Below, piece after piece: positions 10,611-21,899 of a stretch of 35,576 nt of DNA. The position numbers were made by a program, and so were the translations under genes. Under the pieces are notes generated by a model. That model saw only the letters and a list, made by a program, of their open reading frames with translations. It was not told the origin of the DNA and searched no databases. The first letter of the stretch is position 1, and every line of letters begins with the position of its first letter. Origin of the DNA: Octopus bimaculoides (Eukaryota); contig NC_068985.1 in NCBI RefSeq assembly GCF_001194135.2, positions 119,523,359 through 119,558,934 on the forward strand. Direction: 5' to 3'.

Positions 10611-11195
10611 AATAAAATTTAATGCAAGCCCTACAATGAATTAAAGTGTGTCGAATGGTGCAGTTAGGCATAGAAGCTGATACGCTGCTTTGCTGTGCCA
10701 AAGCCATCACCAAAGTAAAAGATACGTGAAAATCTTAACTTGTGTCTCAATCTTGTTATTCTTTTTCTTACTGTGATATAATCATTGTTTACCTGTGTTA
10801 ATTATGTAATTTTTTTAAATGGCTGAGTTGCAAAGGCAAAAAAGTTTCATTGATTTTGTTTCAAGAAAGCATAGTTGTTAGAGTAACCGCCTTTGTTTGA
10901 GATTTAAGAGGTTTCGAATATCCCCACATCAGTGAGCTTGAAGCAGCCGTTTAAAAACAGGTATAACTCGCACAATCTTTTGAAGAAAATAAAAAAAAAC
11001 CGTAATTTTCTTTATAACTTTTGGTTTTGTTCCGGAGCTTTGTTCCGACTATATGCTTGGCGGTACATCGCAACTACTCGAAAAGGTCAAAATATTTCGC
11101 CGCAACCGAAACAGTCTTCCCATGCAGGTACAACGGATGTGAATGGTATTTATTGCCGTGTTTTACAATAATTTATTACACTATTCAGAAATAAA
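10611..11195 (+). terminator. Candidate polyadenylation signals for RASSF (AATAAA at 10611 and 11190) in a TE-free putative 3' UTR
   Basis: Hexamers are present downstream of the stop in unique-looking sequence, but AATAAA is common in AT-rich DNA. Confidence 0.25.
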
Positions 11196-12744
11196 ATATA
11201 GTAAAACCGTTAAGTTTGATAACTATTTTGTACTTTGTATGATTTCTGCAGAAAACTGTTAAAAAAACGGCTCAAATCCATAATTGCATTAATGTATTCT
11301 CGTGTTAATGCAATTATTACAACTACATAAATATCAAAGAAATGGTATGTGATATTGAATATCTATACATAAAATAATAGTTTCAACGATGAGCATTATA
11401 CAAAAAAATTATCTGTCAAGTAACTAATTAAGCAAGTATAGTTTTCATTTTAAAATGACATCATTCATCATTTGTTTAACTCATTTCAATACATGTATTT
11501 TTATTCATAAAAATATTGACTACAATTTTACTTGACCATCGTTTATTAATGAGAATGCTAGTTACCGAGAAAATTATCTTTAATGTAGCAGATATAGAAA
11601 GGTATTTTCAGTAGTTCTAACAATTGTGGCATCTCTTCCATTACTTTGTACCCATCACTACAATGCTTCTACGTCATATGGTACATTTTCAACAAGATAC
11701 CAACTTAATTCTTCACCATCTTTATGAATAGATTTAAAATTCAGATAATTAAATCCACAACGGTTACTTTGGAAATAAAGCTGATCTGTGCTACAATCTT
11801 CTCATTAAGTAAGTTATGTGTGATGTTTCTAGTAAGGTTTTCAGTAATTCGTTGGTTATAATCTTTTGATCATCATTCAAATATGAAAGTTGTTTATCAC
11901 AAGGATCTAATAACAAGATTATTATTGGCACTGAATGTCTCATCCACGTTTCTATTGGTTGAAATATGAAATTCAGTTGATGGCTAATGATCCTGAATTG
12001 ATGTCACCAGTTTTCAGGCAGTTATTGAACAGGACAAACTACAATTAGATAAATTTCTGAAGAAGATTCTTCTTGTTCTCAGTAAATGTGAGCTGTCGTG
12101 TCACTCAAGAGAACGAGCACACTACAGGTTATTGTATCCTATTATTTGTATTTACGAATATTTGAATCGGTTTTGTTGCATCTGTTAATCCACTATGATG
12201 TCAGCGTTAATTTGTCACTGCTGAGGCAGAATATGTAAGTTCCATATGCTGAATTAATCTTCGTTCTCTTCATCAGGTTCTTCTCTTTTCTCTTGTCGGT
12301 TTGGCCGTGTGCTTAAAATCACCAATACGTCTCTGTAATTTGGTCACAAATGTTGATAAAACGGCGACTAAAAAAAACAAAAAAAACGAAAGAAGTGTAA
12401 AACAAAGAAACCGTCAGAGTTCAAAAGTGTGATCGGTTCACTGGTTTCATTTTCAGTACCCTTCATTTTTCGGGCATAGGCAAAAGACGCAGGCCAAATT
12501 CTTTGACAAATTCTATCAGTTTGGGACCTTGTTTTATCCAGTGTGTCACTCTGGCATCGATCCCATAATTGGTGTTTTAGCTTTCATGTGCAAAGAATCG
12601 TTAGTATGATGCCCAGTTAAAATGATGTAACTATTATGCGTCAGTTGTGATTGCAATAAAAGGTACAGAAGATAACACTTCTATCAACCCCAGTTTCACT
12701 TCCATATTTCGTAGCAATCACACTAGATGGTGTGAGATAATAAG

Positions 12745-12945
12745 AATCGTTAGCACGTCGGGCGAAATGAATAACGGCATTTCATCTGTCTTCGTGTTCT
12801 GAATTCAAATTCCGTCAAGGCCGACATTACCTTTCATCCATTCGGGATCAATAATATAACTTACCAGTTGATTACTGGGGTCGATGTAATCGACTTACGC
12901 CTTACCCCAAAATTACTGGCCATGTGCCAACATTAAAAATCAATA
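12745..12945 (+). mobile_element. Family A SINE
   Basis: agaatcgttagcacgtcgggcgaaatg...gaattcaaattcc...tactggggtcgatgtaatcgac...gccatgtgcc. Confidence 0.8.
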
Positions 12946-13730
12946 TAGCATACATACTATGATGTAATAACACTGGCAAAAATACTGTCAAATATGTAAG
13001 ACTGGTGTTCAGTTGTATCGAACAGACCGCTAGCCAATGATTATTCACAGGCGCGATTCCGCTACTGCTTGACACGGGGTTTTTAGCCTGCTGCGTTTCT
13101 GCCTTGGATCAAATCGACTCTCTTTAGACAACCTGGTCCTAATGAGCTCCCTCGCCAGGGAGACATCCGATCGTTTAGCGTAGACATCTGATCGCCGCAG
13201 AAAACCGATTCCTATCTTCAAACCAGCCAAGCCTCCGAGTGGCTAGATTATAGGAGCACGTCACAGATCCCAGTGATTTTAAATTATTCTATGTCTACTC
13301 TGGCCTAACATTAGTTAGGTTGGTCCACATTGTTTCACGTTACTCGTTTACCTTTTTATTACGTCGTGTCAATTAATTTCATGTCAAATGTTTATAAAAA
13401 TAACCAAACGGATGACAGGAGGCCGCAACTCCAGACATTTAAATGTAGTTTCTTAACCATAATATCGCAATATTAACGTTATCTCATTTACACTATTATT
13501 TTGTTTTATACAAGCAGCGAACACTAATACAAAGAGAAAGAAATCTTACAATTATAAATTATCTTTAACCGTAATTACAAAAAAAATAAAAAAAGAAACA
13601 AATTCGCTAATTGCTGATTGTGTTGAATCTCTCACATAACAAATTACATTTACATTTAATCACAGGCAAAACAAATTCATACACATGATATAAAAAATGT
13701 CAAAAAAGAATGTGGTACAAAGTAAAAAGA

Positions 13731-13773
<43 letters not shown>

Positions 13774-13879
13774 ATATTGAGGTCATTTATCGATGTTAAT
13801 TTATTACATTTAAAAAACAGAAATGGGGAGTCAATTCTATGGCAAAAGACTGGAGAAGATGTTAGCGGTTCCTATCTCG

Positions 13880-14395
13880 TTTCCAGTATTGTGCTGTGAT
13901 CATCGCCAAGACATTTAACACTTAACAGCCTACCAACTCCACTTAATTGAATTTCTTGTAGTTTACCTTCCTAACTGAGTAGATCTATGATCTATGATCT
14001 ATGATCTATGATCTATGATCTATGATCTATGATCTATGATCTATGATCAAAAACATTCCAATCGTGATCATCCTCTCGTTTACTCTAATATATTGTGACC
14101 CGAAGCACATTATCCAAAGTCTTCCATTTTTTAGTCAGTAGAGAGTGATATTAGAAAGAGTTAACTTCTATTTTTAGCAAGTTGAGCAACCACACTCACG
14201 CTCCCTTGTTGGTTCTGGAATTCTACGTTATTGTTTAACTCTGGAATATAGCTCTGATCACCATTTAATCTTCCAGCGACTACATTGTTTAATGTGTCCT
14301 CCTTTAGTCAAGACGGTAGGGTGTCGCTAAGGGAAATTTAGCTGCTATTCCTAACAAGTCTAATGACCACCAGAGGCTCACTCGTTGGCACCTCT
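13880..14395. repeat. Interspersed repeat family C (related segments at ~4270-4500, ~27390-27460, ~29390-29640, ~30330-30440)
   Basis: Shared words gctgctatt(t/c)cta.ca.gtc.a..gacca..agagg.tc and agat.tatgatcaaa..cattc...atgatcatc recur at these positions. Confidence 0.55.
13982..14048. repeat. Heptamer tandem repeat (GATCTAT)9 + GATC
   Basis: Directly visible. Confidence 0.95.
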
Positions 14396-14469
14396 GAATT
14401 GTAAGCAGGTATAATTCGTGACTGTAATCAGTGCTAGAAATATGGGATTGAGTGGCAGGGACGTTTTTA

Positions 14470-14658
14470 TCTTTTTCCTTATCTTTTTTTACCTGTTTCA
14501 GTTATTACACTGCAGCCATGGTAGGGCACCGGCAGTACTTATTCTTTTTTAAGCCTGGTAATTATTCTATCGGTGTCAATTATTCTATCGGTTGTCAAGC
14601 TGTGGTGATGGTGGTCGGGGGGAACAAACACAGACACAAAGACACACACATACAAACG

Positions 14659-14689
<31 letters not shown>

Positions 14690-14843
14690 CGGGGCTTGTT
14701 TTAGTTTTCGTCTATCAAATTTGCTCACCAGGCTTTGGTTTTCCGAGGCTATAAAAAAATTCACTAGCCCATGGTACCACACAGTGGGATTAAACCCAAA
14801 ACTGTGTAGTTGGGATGCAAGCTTCTTACCACTCAGCTACGCC
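14470..14843 (-). mobile_element. Composite SINE family B copy with internal (TA)n
   Basis: Head GGCGTAGCTGAGTGGTAAGAAGCTTGC..GGGTTTAATCCCACTG (A/B boxes) and the same 3' module. Confidence 0.75.
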
Positions 14844-16549
14844 TTGTTAGCATTCTGTCATTCTGTGCAAGAGACACCGAACTAAGGAGTGCTTTGGTTT
14901 GCAGGCGTAGGAATACAGAATTGGGAGGAAACATTCGTTAGCGTGCAATATTGAATTTAACTCTTTCAATATAAGATTTATTTCTCGTCTTTAACGCTAC
15001 GGAAATCAGCCGCAAGAAGTAGGTCCTTGTAACTGGGAAAACATTCTAAAAATGTTATCGAATCTCGCTGATATCCTGAAGCGAAGTTTTTAATTTAGTT
15101 TATAAATCTAACAGATCATCGACACTGTCTTTCTATCGCACTTTTTGTAATAAACTGTCAACTTGTTGTCTTTAATAGGAAAACGAGGGGAAAAAATAAA
15201 ATGAACTTTTTTTGAAATATGAATTTTAATTATGAAATGTTATGAAATTTATTTTGAGAAATATTCATTTTGATTTTTATTGCAAAGTTTGTCACGAACT
15301 GACTCTGATGAAACTTCATGCTAAAACATTAAAGAAACTTCATGCTAAAACATTAAAGAAAAGGACAAAATATATTCTTGGAAAAAATTGTGGAAATTAT
15401 GGAACTCAACAACGTCGATGCTAAAAGGTTATGCTTAAGTAATCAGTTTAATCACCGTTTGTCGCTGGGAGTTGTGGAGTTCTCCTGTGATCCAGGTGGT
15501 AGCAGGATTGGTTGGTTGGCTGGTTTCAGAATGGGAGTTCTAGTAGTCGATCTTTTATTATGATGGGGTGTCTATTAATATGTTACTGGTGAGTTCACCT
15601 GGGTCGATGCCACACTCCGAGTGGAAATGTAGCAGAATTGCAGTCGATATAATCGACTGTACCTTTCTTTCAAATTTCAGGCCTTATGCTTTTGTTAGAT
15701 GCTATTATACATTGTACAGTGATAAATACTAATACAATTTATGAAACTACGTTTCTTTATTGATTGCAAACAAATGTAAAAAGTAATTTTAACTACAATG
15801 GATTTGGAAACTAAATGTTATATCATATAAATTTGTCATTGGTTTTCTTTAAATGTTAGTTCGCAACTGACATCTACTATGAAACTTTGTTGAAAAAAAA
15901 AAAACGAAAAGAAAAAAATGTGTAGATAGGAAGCTTATTGACCAGTACATTTCACGATATATTTCAGATAGTCATTATCACAGTCGCTTCTGGATTTGTA
16001 CACAATAATGTCGGCCTTCGAGTCCAGGCCGTCGTATTCAGACCATAACTTGTTGGCAACTTGTAACAGTCACGTATTAGCATGAGTACAGTTTTCATAC
16101 CTCAATAATTGAAGAGTTACAAACGGGACTAAATCTGAAACAGCAGCAGTTTTCTTTTGTCAAATATTAATTTGTGATCGCTTTTACATATGAAAAACGA
16201 TCCCAGACAAGGCTAACGGTCGGACATATCACGTACTATATTTTAAAGGGAAAAATGTTGAAAAATATCTAGTATCAGCGCAAAAATTTCAGATGTGGAA
16301 GAATGGAATAGGTGGTCAGTTATACTGACCCCAGTACTCGAATGCTGGTTTATTTAATCCATCATGGCGAGATATGAACTCACAACATGAAGAGACGTTA
16401 ATAAATGTTGCTATTATACACTGTATACATTACCTCCTGTACTTCGCCATTTTGCAATATATAACTTGTTTAACAAAGCATTGGTATTTGTGCAAATAAA
16501 TGACATCATACAACAATATGCTATATTATACAACAAAATCAAGGAAGCG

Positions 16550-16762
16550 AGATGGAGGAAGCGTTTATATGCCGGCAAAAATGCTTCGCGGTATTTCGTC
16601 CGTCTCTACATTCTGAGTTCAAAATCCACCGAGGTCGACTTTTCCTTTCATCTAATTTGGTGTCGATAAAGTAAATACCAGTTCAGCACTGGGTCGATGT
16701 GATCGACATAACACCTTCCCCGAAATTGCTGAACTTGTGTCAAACTTTGAAGGCAATATTAT
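16550..16762 (+). mobile_element. Family A SINE
   Basis: aaatgcttcgcggtatttcgtccgtc...gagttcaaaatcc...gggtcgatgtgatcgac...cttgtgtcaaactttgaaggcaatatt. Confidence 0.8.
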
Positions 16763-16849
16763 ACTAAACAATATAGCCATAGATTTTTAGTCAACATTCT
16801 ATGTAAGACAGGTACAAACAAATTGTCTTTAGTATTGTAGTATAGTATT

Positions 16850-17090
16850 GTTGGCACTCCGTCGCTTACGACGTCGAAGGTTCCAGTTGATCCGATCAAC
16901 GAAACAGCCTGCTCGTGAAATTAACGTGCAAGTGGCTGAGCACTCCACAGACACGTGTGCCCTTAACGTAGTTCTCGGGGATATTCAGCGTGACACAGTG
17001 TGACAAGGCTGACCCTTTGAACTACAGGCACAACAGAAACAGGAAGTAAGAGAAAGTTGTGGTGTAAGAGTACAGCAGATTGCTGTGCAT
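16850..17090. mobile_element. Interspersed repeat resembling a high-copy octopus element
   Basis: ttggcactccgtcgcttacgacgtcga..gcaagtggctgagcactccacagacacgtg..ggaagtaagagaaagttgtgg is recognised from memory of Octopus repeats; only one copy is in this window. Confidence 0.5.
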
Positions 17091-17257
17091 AAAATGCAAA
17101 ATATTTTATTTTTTTGTAGATTAGGTAGGCATAATTCGCCGCTGCCTTTCAATCTCAGTTTTTAAGCTATGCATAGTACTGCTGTAGTATATGTGCTGCG
17201 TACGCTCCTACAACTCCGTTTTCTTTACGTGCTGCATAGGCAGAAGTAAATCTGCCT

Positions 17258-17910
17258 TCATCGGTAGAGTGGGAAAACCTGGAATTTGGGAGACGTATTT
17301 TTTGCACATATGTCTATGTGACCACGCAGTGGGATCCGTCTAGTACTGGGGTCTCGTATTTGTTGTCGGTGAATGGTCAGTCTATTTCTTAGAATAAGCT
17401 TTGTTTGCCCCATGTAATCTTCATTACATCCTTGACTTTTGATAGCATATATCAAGTTCCTTGGAGAACATGTAAAGTGATTTTTTACGGTAAAAGTCTG
17501 CCCTGATTTGAATTTGTATGTTGTGTCTTCAATAAGGTTGATGCAGGAACCGCAACTGGGGCGGCCACATGTTTTGACTGTTGGTGTAGGAATTGTGGAT
17601 GGTAATTTAGCACTTGTGAAGAATTTTTTGAGGGATTTTGATTGCCATTTACTTTTGATTATTTTGTGTATTTCGAATGCGTGTTTCATTCTTGGGTCTT
17701 GTTTTAGTAATGGGATGTTCTGGTGGATAATATTGTAAACCCTGTGTTTCTTGGGTTGGGTATTGTAATAAAGGGTAGATTATTGGGTGTATCTGGAGCG
17801 TTTTTCGTAGCTCTTCGATATTTATTGCTTTGGCACGCTCTATTCCGTTGATTGTTAGCATTAATAAACTGTCTTGATTATAACTAAACATGTTCACTCA
17901 ACCGTGTCGG
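17258..17910 (-). mobile_element. Penelope-like element fragment (Neptune-type linker): RT C-terminus plus GIY-YIG endonuclease
   Basis: INGIERAKAI..., MKHAFEIHKIIKSK.QSKSLKKFFTSAKL, CGRPSCGSC, FTCSPRNLIYAIKSQGCNEDYMGQT..LRNRLTIHRQQI..H: a GIY-YIG bipartite motif (LIY...YMG) with Cys/His ligands. Confidence 0.88.
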
Positions 17911-18403
17911 CCTTCTTTTTAGGCGCAAAATATACTGTCATTTGAAACTAATGCATAGACGTAGCGGTAAACGTGCAAAAAGTTATAAAACATAACCATG
18001 TGTTTATTCTCTACAAGCACTTGACAGAAAACATTCAGAGCATTGGTTTCTTGGATTTGTCCAGTCACCCGTGTCAACCTTAACTTATACGACGCCAAAC
18101 ATCGTCACTTGATACTAACACACGGACGTAGCGGGGAGCCTACAAAAATTTCTAAGACCAGTCATGTGACTATCCTCTAATAATCAAATCCTATTCAAAA
18201 CATATACTAATTTGAGCCATGAACTTCCCATAAAAACAGGGCAAATTTCAAACACTAGTCAGAAGCAAGACAGCTGCGACATAAGCCACGTCTTTCTATT
18301 TGAACTTTTTGAAAATCAGTGTAAACTGTGAAACCGGTTGAAGCTTCAGATATTTTAGTAAAATGTATTTTAACTATTCTCATTGCATTTTCCTCTATTT
18401 TCC

Positions 18404-18404
<1 letters not shown>

Positions 18405-18434
<30 letters not shown>

Positions 18435-18709
18435 NNNNNNNNNNNNNNNNNNNNNNNNNNNNCACACACAAACACACACACACACACACACACACATATG
18501 TATATATACACACACACACACAAGCACACATGTAAACGACATCTTTGTACAGTTCTTCTCTATCAAATCCACTCACAAGGGTTTGGTTGGCCCGGTGCTG
18601 TAGTAGAAGACACTTTCTTAAGGTGCCACGTAGCAGCACTGAATCCAAGACCACATGAATCGCACACACGCAGGCAGGCAGGCACGAACGAACGCCCAGA
18701 TGCGTGCAT

Positions 18710-18797
<88 letters not shown>
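18405..18797. repeat. (CA)n tracts, the first spanning an assembly gap (N 18435-18462)
   Basis: Directly visible. Confidence 0.9.
18530..18660 (-). mobile_element. Family B SINE head/core fragment
   Basis: caaatccactcacaagggtttggttggcccgg..agaagacactt..aaggtgccac, matching 4118-4190. Confidence 0.7.
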
Positions 18798-18799
<2 letters not shown>

Positions 18800-19388
18800 G
18801 CATTAATAATAAGAGAAAGCTAACGAGGAATATCTAGCAAAAACGACGAAATACTTTAACTTGTCATGGAAAATGGTGGTTGTATATGGAAAGACTACTA
18901 TAAGATGGATGTTATTACATATTTAAGAGAAAAAGGACACATTCTTAGAGTTTAACAACTCTTAAGAATGGTACTATCACAGAACTTGCTAACAATTAAA
19001 AGAGATTTTGCTTGGATCGAGATAGGAAGAGAAAGCGGGAAATGGATATGTGCAATGTAACTATCAATGAAAAATTTCGAGTAGAGAACATTTATGAGGA
19101 CGAATCGCACGGAAAGATAAGAATTCCTGTAAAACATAAAAGAGGAAAAATATTGCCTCAGGTACCGTTTAGATAGTAAATAGCATCAGCACTGAAGTTC
19201 TGGAGGTATTAGTATTCTAGAAAGTCCTTCGGTTGGATAGAGTTTCTGAGTTGATAGGAGAGAAATTGTATGTAAAATTCCCATGGATCTCTCAAAAGTC
19301 TGTAACTATGTTTAAGAAAACAAACAAAAACATAAATATTTTACGAAGAAAACCAGAAGACAAATGGGAGATGGCCTCATTATAAATG

Positions 19389-19401
19389 TGTGTGTGTTTG
19401 T

Positions 19402-19480
<79 letters not shown>
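19389..19480. repeat. (TG)n microsatellite
   Basis: Directly visible. Confidence 0.95.
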
Positions 19481-19483
<3 letters not shown>

Positions 19484-19539
19484 AAAAAAACTCCAAAGAA
19501 ACAAACAAAAGAACCCAAAACAGAAAGACTGAAAGTGGG

Positions 19540-20100
19540 AAAAATAATCAGCTCACTCAATTCAATAAAGGATGTGGGGAATAGCGAACGTAGAATCTTG
19601 TAAATTATTGAAAAGATAGGCATTTACAAGGCTGCTAAAAATTAGAAGTCATATAATGGTATGAGAAGAACAAGAGAATCTGTCATACATACTGCGTGGG
19701 TGGCAAGAAATAGAAGCCATTATTTACATTTTAAAGAAATATAGAAAACTAGCACAGCTAGATTATAACCAGAAAGAACGTGCGAAGTTGGCCAACGTTT
19801 TTCTTAGCAAGTTCTGTAATAAATATTGTATCCTCGTAATGACAAATAATGCGATTGCAAAGTAAGGTCAGCAGATAAAAATGATGCAGTTAAGTTGCTA
19901 AGTTGCTATGGAACACCTTTTCACTGAGAGACAAAGAAAGTAACATAAACCAGGTGATGAGATAAAATGTCAATAGAAAATGAGATAAGACAGGACTGAG
20001 TAACTGATGTTCTACAGCATGGTATGATTTCAAGGAGAAGGCGTATCAGGAAAAAATAAAATATAGAATACCACGAATTGCGTGAAGAATTCATGAAATT
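19540..20100 (+). mobile_element. Possible very old CR1/L2 LINE remnant
   Basis: KERAKLANVFLSKF at ~19773-19814 resembles the EKA..LN.FF.SVF inter-domain motif; little other support. Confidence 0.3.
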
Positions 20101-20962
20101 CAGCTAAATAAATAAGAACATATAAAACATTTCTCCAGTACCGATGGCAATATTGATGGAAATATTGTGGATATCGGCAATATTTATATAAGAATAGAGA
20201 TGATAGTTAATTTAGAATTTGCATATGCATTTGTGTGTAGTTGGATATCTTTGCAAAAATTTGAAGCAGAATATCAATCATAACTATAGAAATCTTAATG
20301 TACAGTGAAGTGCAGTCAGTTAGTTGTTACTCGCGATCAGGTATTGTTTGGTTACGTTAACTATGCTTTTGCTATTAGTTTTAAGCGTCTATGTTGTCAC
20401 GAGCAGTTATAGACATCCTCTCGGCTATCCCATCCTTGACTCACTTAAGCTTTCGGAATGTGATAGTTGAAAGGAAAAGAGGACTGCAACAGCACCCGGA
20501 TAGTATTTATTTACAGCTGCGTAACCTGGAGCAACGTTAAGTGCCTTCCTGAAGAGCACAAGGGAAACGCAGCAGGTAAAATACTTCGTGTCTTGCAATA
20601 GTTGAATTGCACCCACGAGTAGTAGTCGTGGAGCAACACACTTGTTGAGACAGAAGCATCAACCTCTCCCTCCCTCATTCTTACATAATCTTTCGCTTTT
20701 ATATTTTCGTTACTGTTGATTCAAGGACTTAATAATCTTTATTTATTTTACAGATTTTAAAAATCCTCATTATTAAGATAAATATTTGTCTTTCAACTGA
20801 AGAGAAGTGAAAAATAAATTAAAGAAAAAACTGGGTTCGAAAATGAGTTGCATGTAGGAAAAACAACATTATTCAATAAAGAATGATGAATGAGAGTGTG
20901 CAGGATTATAAATTTACTGCTGGCACAGATTACTAGTTGCTGAAAACACTTAAGCATGTATT

Positions 20963-20965
<3 letters not shown>

Positions 20966-21017
<52 letters not shown>
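20966..21017. repeat. (CT)n microsatellite
   Basis: Directly visible. Confidence 0.95.
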
Positions 21018-21019
<2 letters not shown>

Positions 21020-21204
21020 CTCTTGTTTCAGCTTACCCTTTTTCTATGGTAATCCTCAAAGGATTTCAAAAAGAAGAGATTGAGAGAAGTACGATTTATC
21101 TTAGATTATTGATTAACATTATTCGAAAAAACAACAACAACAAAAAAGCAACAAAAACAAAACAAAAATAAAACACCAATGGTTTTTTAATATATTATAT
21201 TTTA

Positions 21205-21609
21205 TCATTTTCTATGCTGGAGAACTGCCTTGAAGAGTTTAATAGAACAAATCGACCCCAGTACTTATTTTTGCTTAAAGTCTGCTCCTTATTCTATTGA
21301 TCTCTTTTGCCGAGTCACCAAGTTATAGAGATATAACCAAACCAACACTGGTTGTCAAGTGCTGTGTGTAGGGAAAAATATACATATATACACGAAAGAC
21401 AAACATGCTCTCCCTTATACAAAGATAATTTACAAGCTTCCACATAATTTTCTTCCCTTAAATTCACTCACATGCGAATTGTGGAAGACAGTCGTTCAAA
21501 GTACCGTGCATTGGGACCGAACACCAAAGTACCGTGCATTGGGATCGAACCCGAAACTATGCGGCAGCAAAGCGAGCTTCTAGCTTCTTAACCACACATC
21601 CATGCCTAC
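21205..21609 (-). mobile_element. Composite SINE family B copy with a duplicated B-box segment
   Basis: GGTTCGATCCC box; ttgacaacc..gatagaataag..ggggtcgatttg module. Confidence 0.7.
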
Positions 21610-21899
21610 GTCTATAAAAAAAACACATAGACAAATACATAACCAAAACACCAGGTCTAACGTATACCGAAAATAACACTAACACGCTTCACACACATAC
21701 TACGTAAAGCACTTTAAATACAGTGAAAATAACAATACCAAAAGAAACCACAGCACATACCCAAGGCCAGCAGAGCTGTGCTCGCCAGTGCAGTGAAAGC
21801 ACAGTGGCTGGACGTGTTCTTCGCTGCTCTAACCTGCCAGCAGCCGAAGACACAGAAACATTAATACGACGCAGCAGGACAACTGAAAAATAACTCTCA

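Noticed and set aside
13045-13260. GC-richer segment and 61-aa ORF
   Set aside because: The ORF is unrecognisable. Another frame (RRLGWFEDRNRFSAAIR) hints at a LINE C-terminus, but the evidence is too thin to call.
14760-14843. tRNA genes suggested by A/B boxes
   Set aside because: These are SINE heads with no complete cloverleaf or acceptor stem, and they continue into repeat bodies.
7070-15320. Other CTGATGA words (7073 +, ~12270 -, 15305 +) as hammerheads
   Set aside because: None is followed by a stem II plus GAAA in the right geometry, and none has a Penelope context.
18255-19623. HT/CV-repeat ORFs (also near 2544-3759, 27977-28236 and 20956)
   Set aside because: Dinucleotide and tetranucleotide repeat translations; some run through N gaps.
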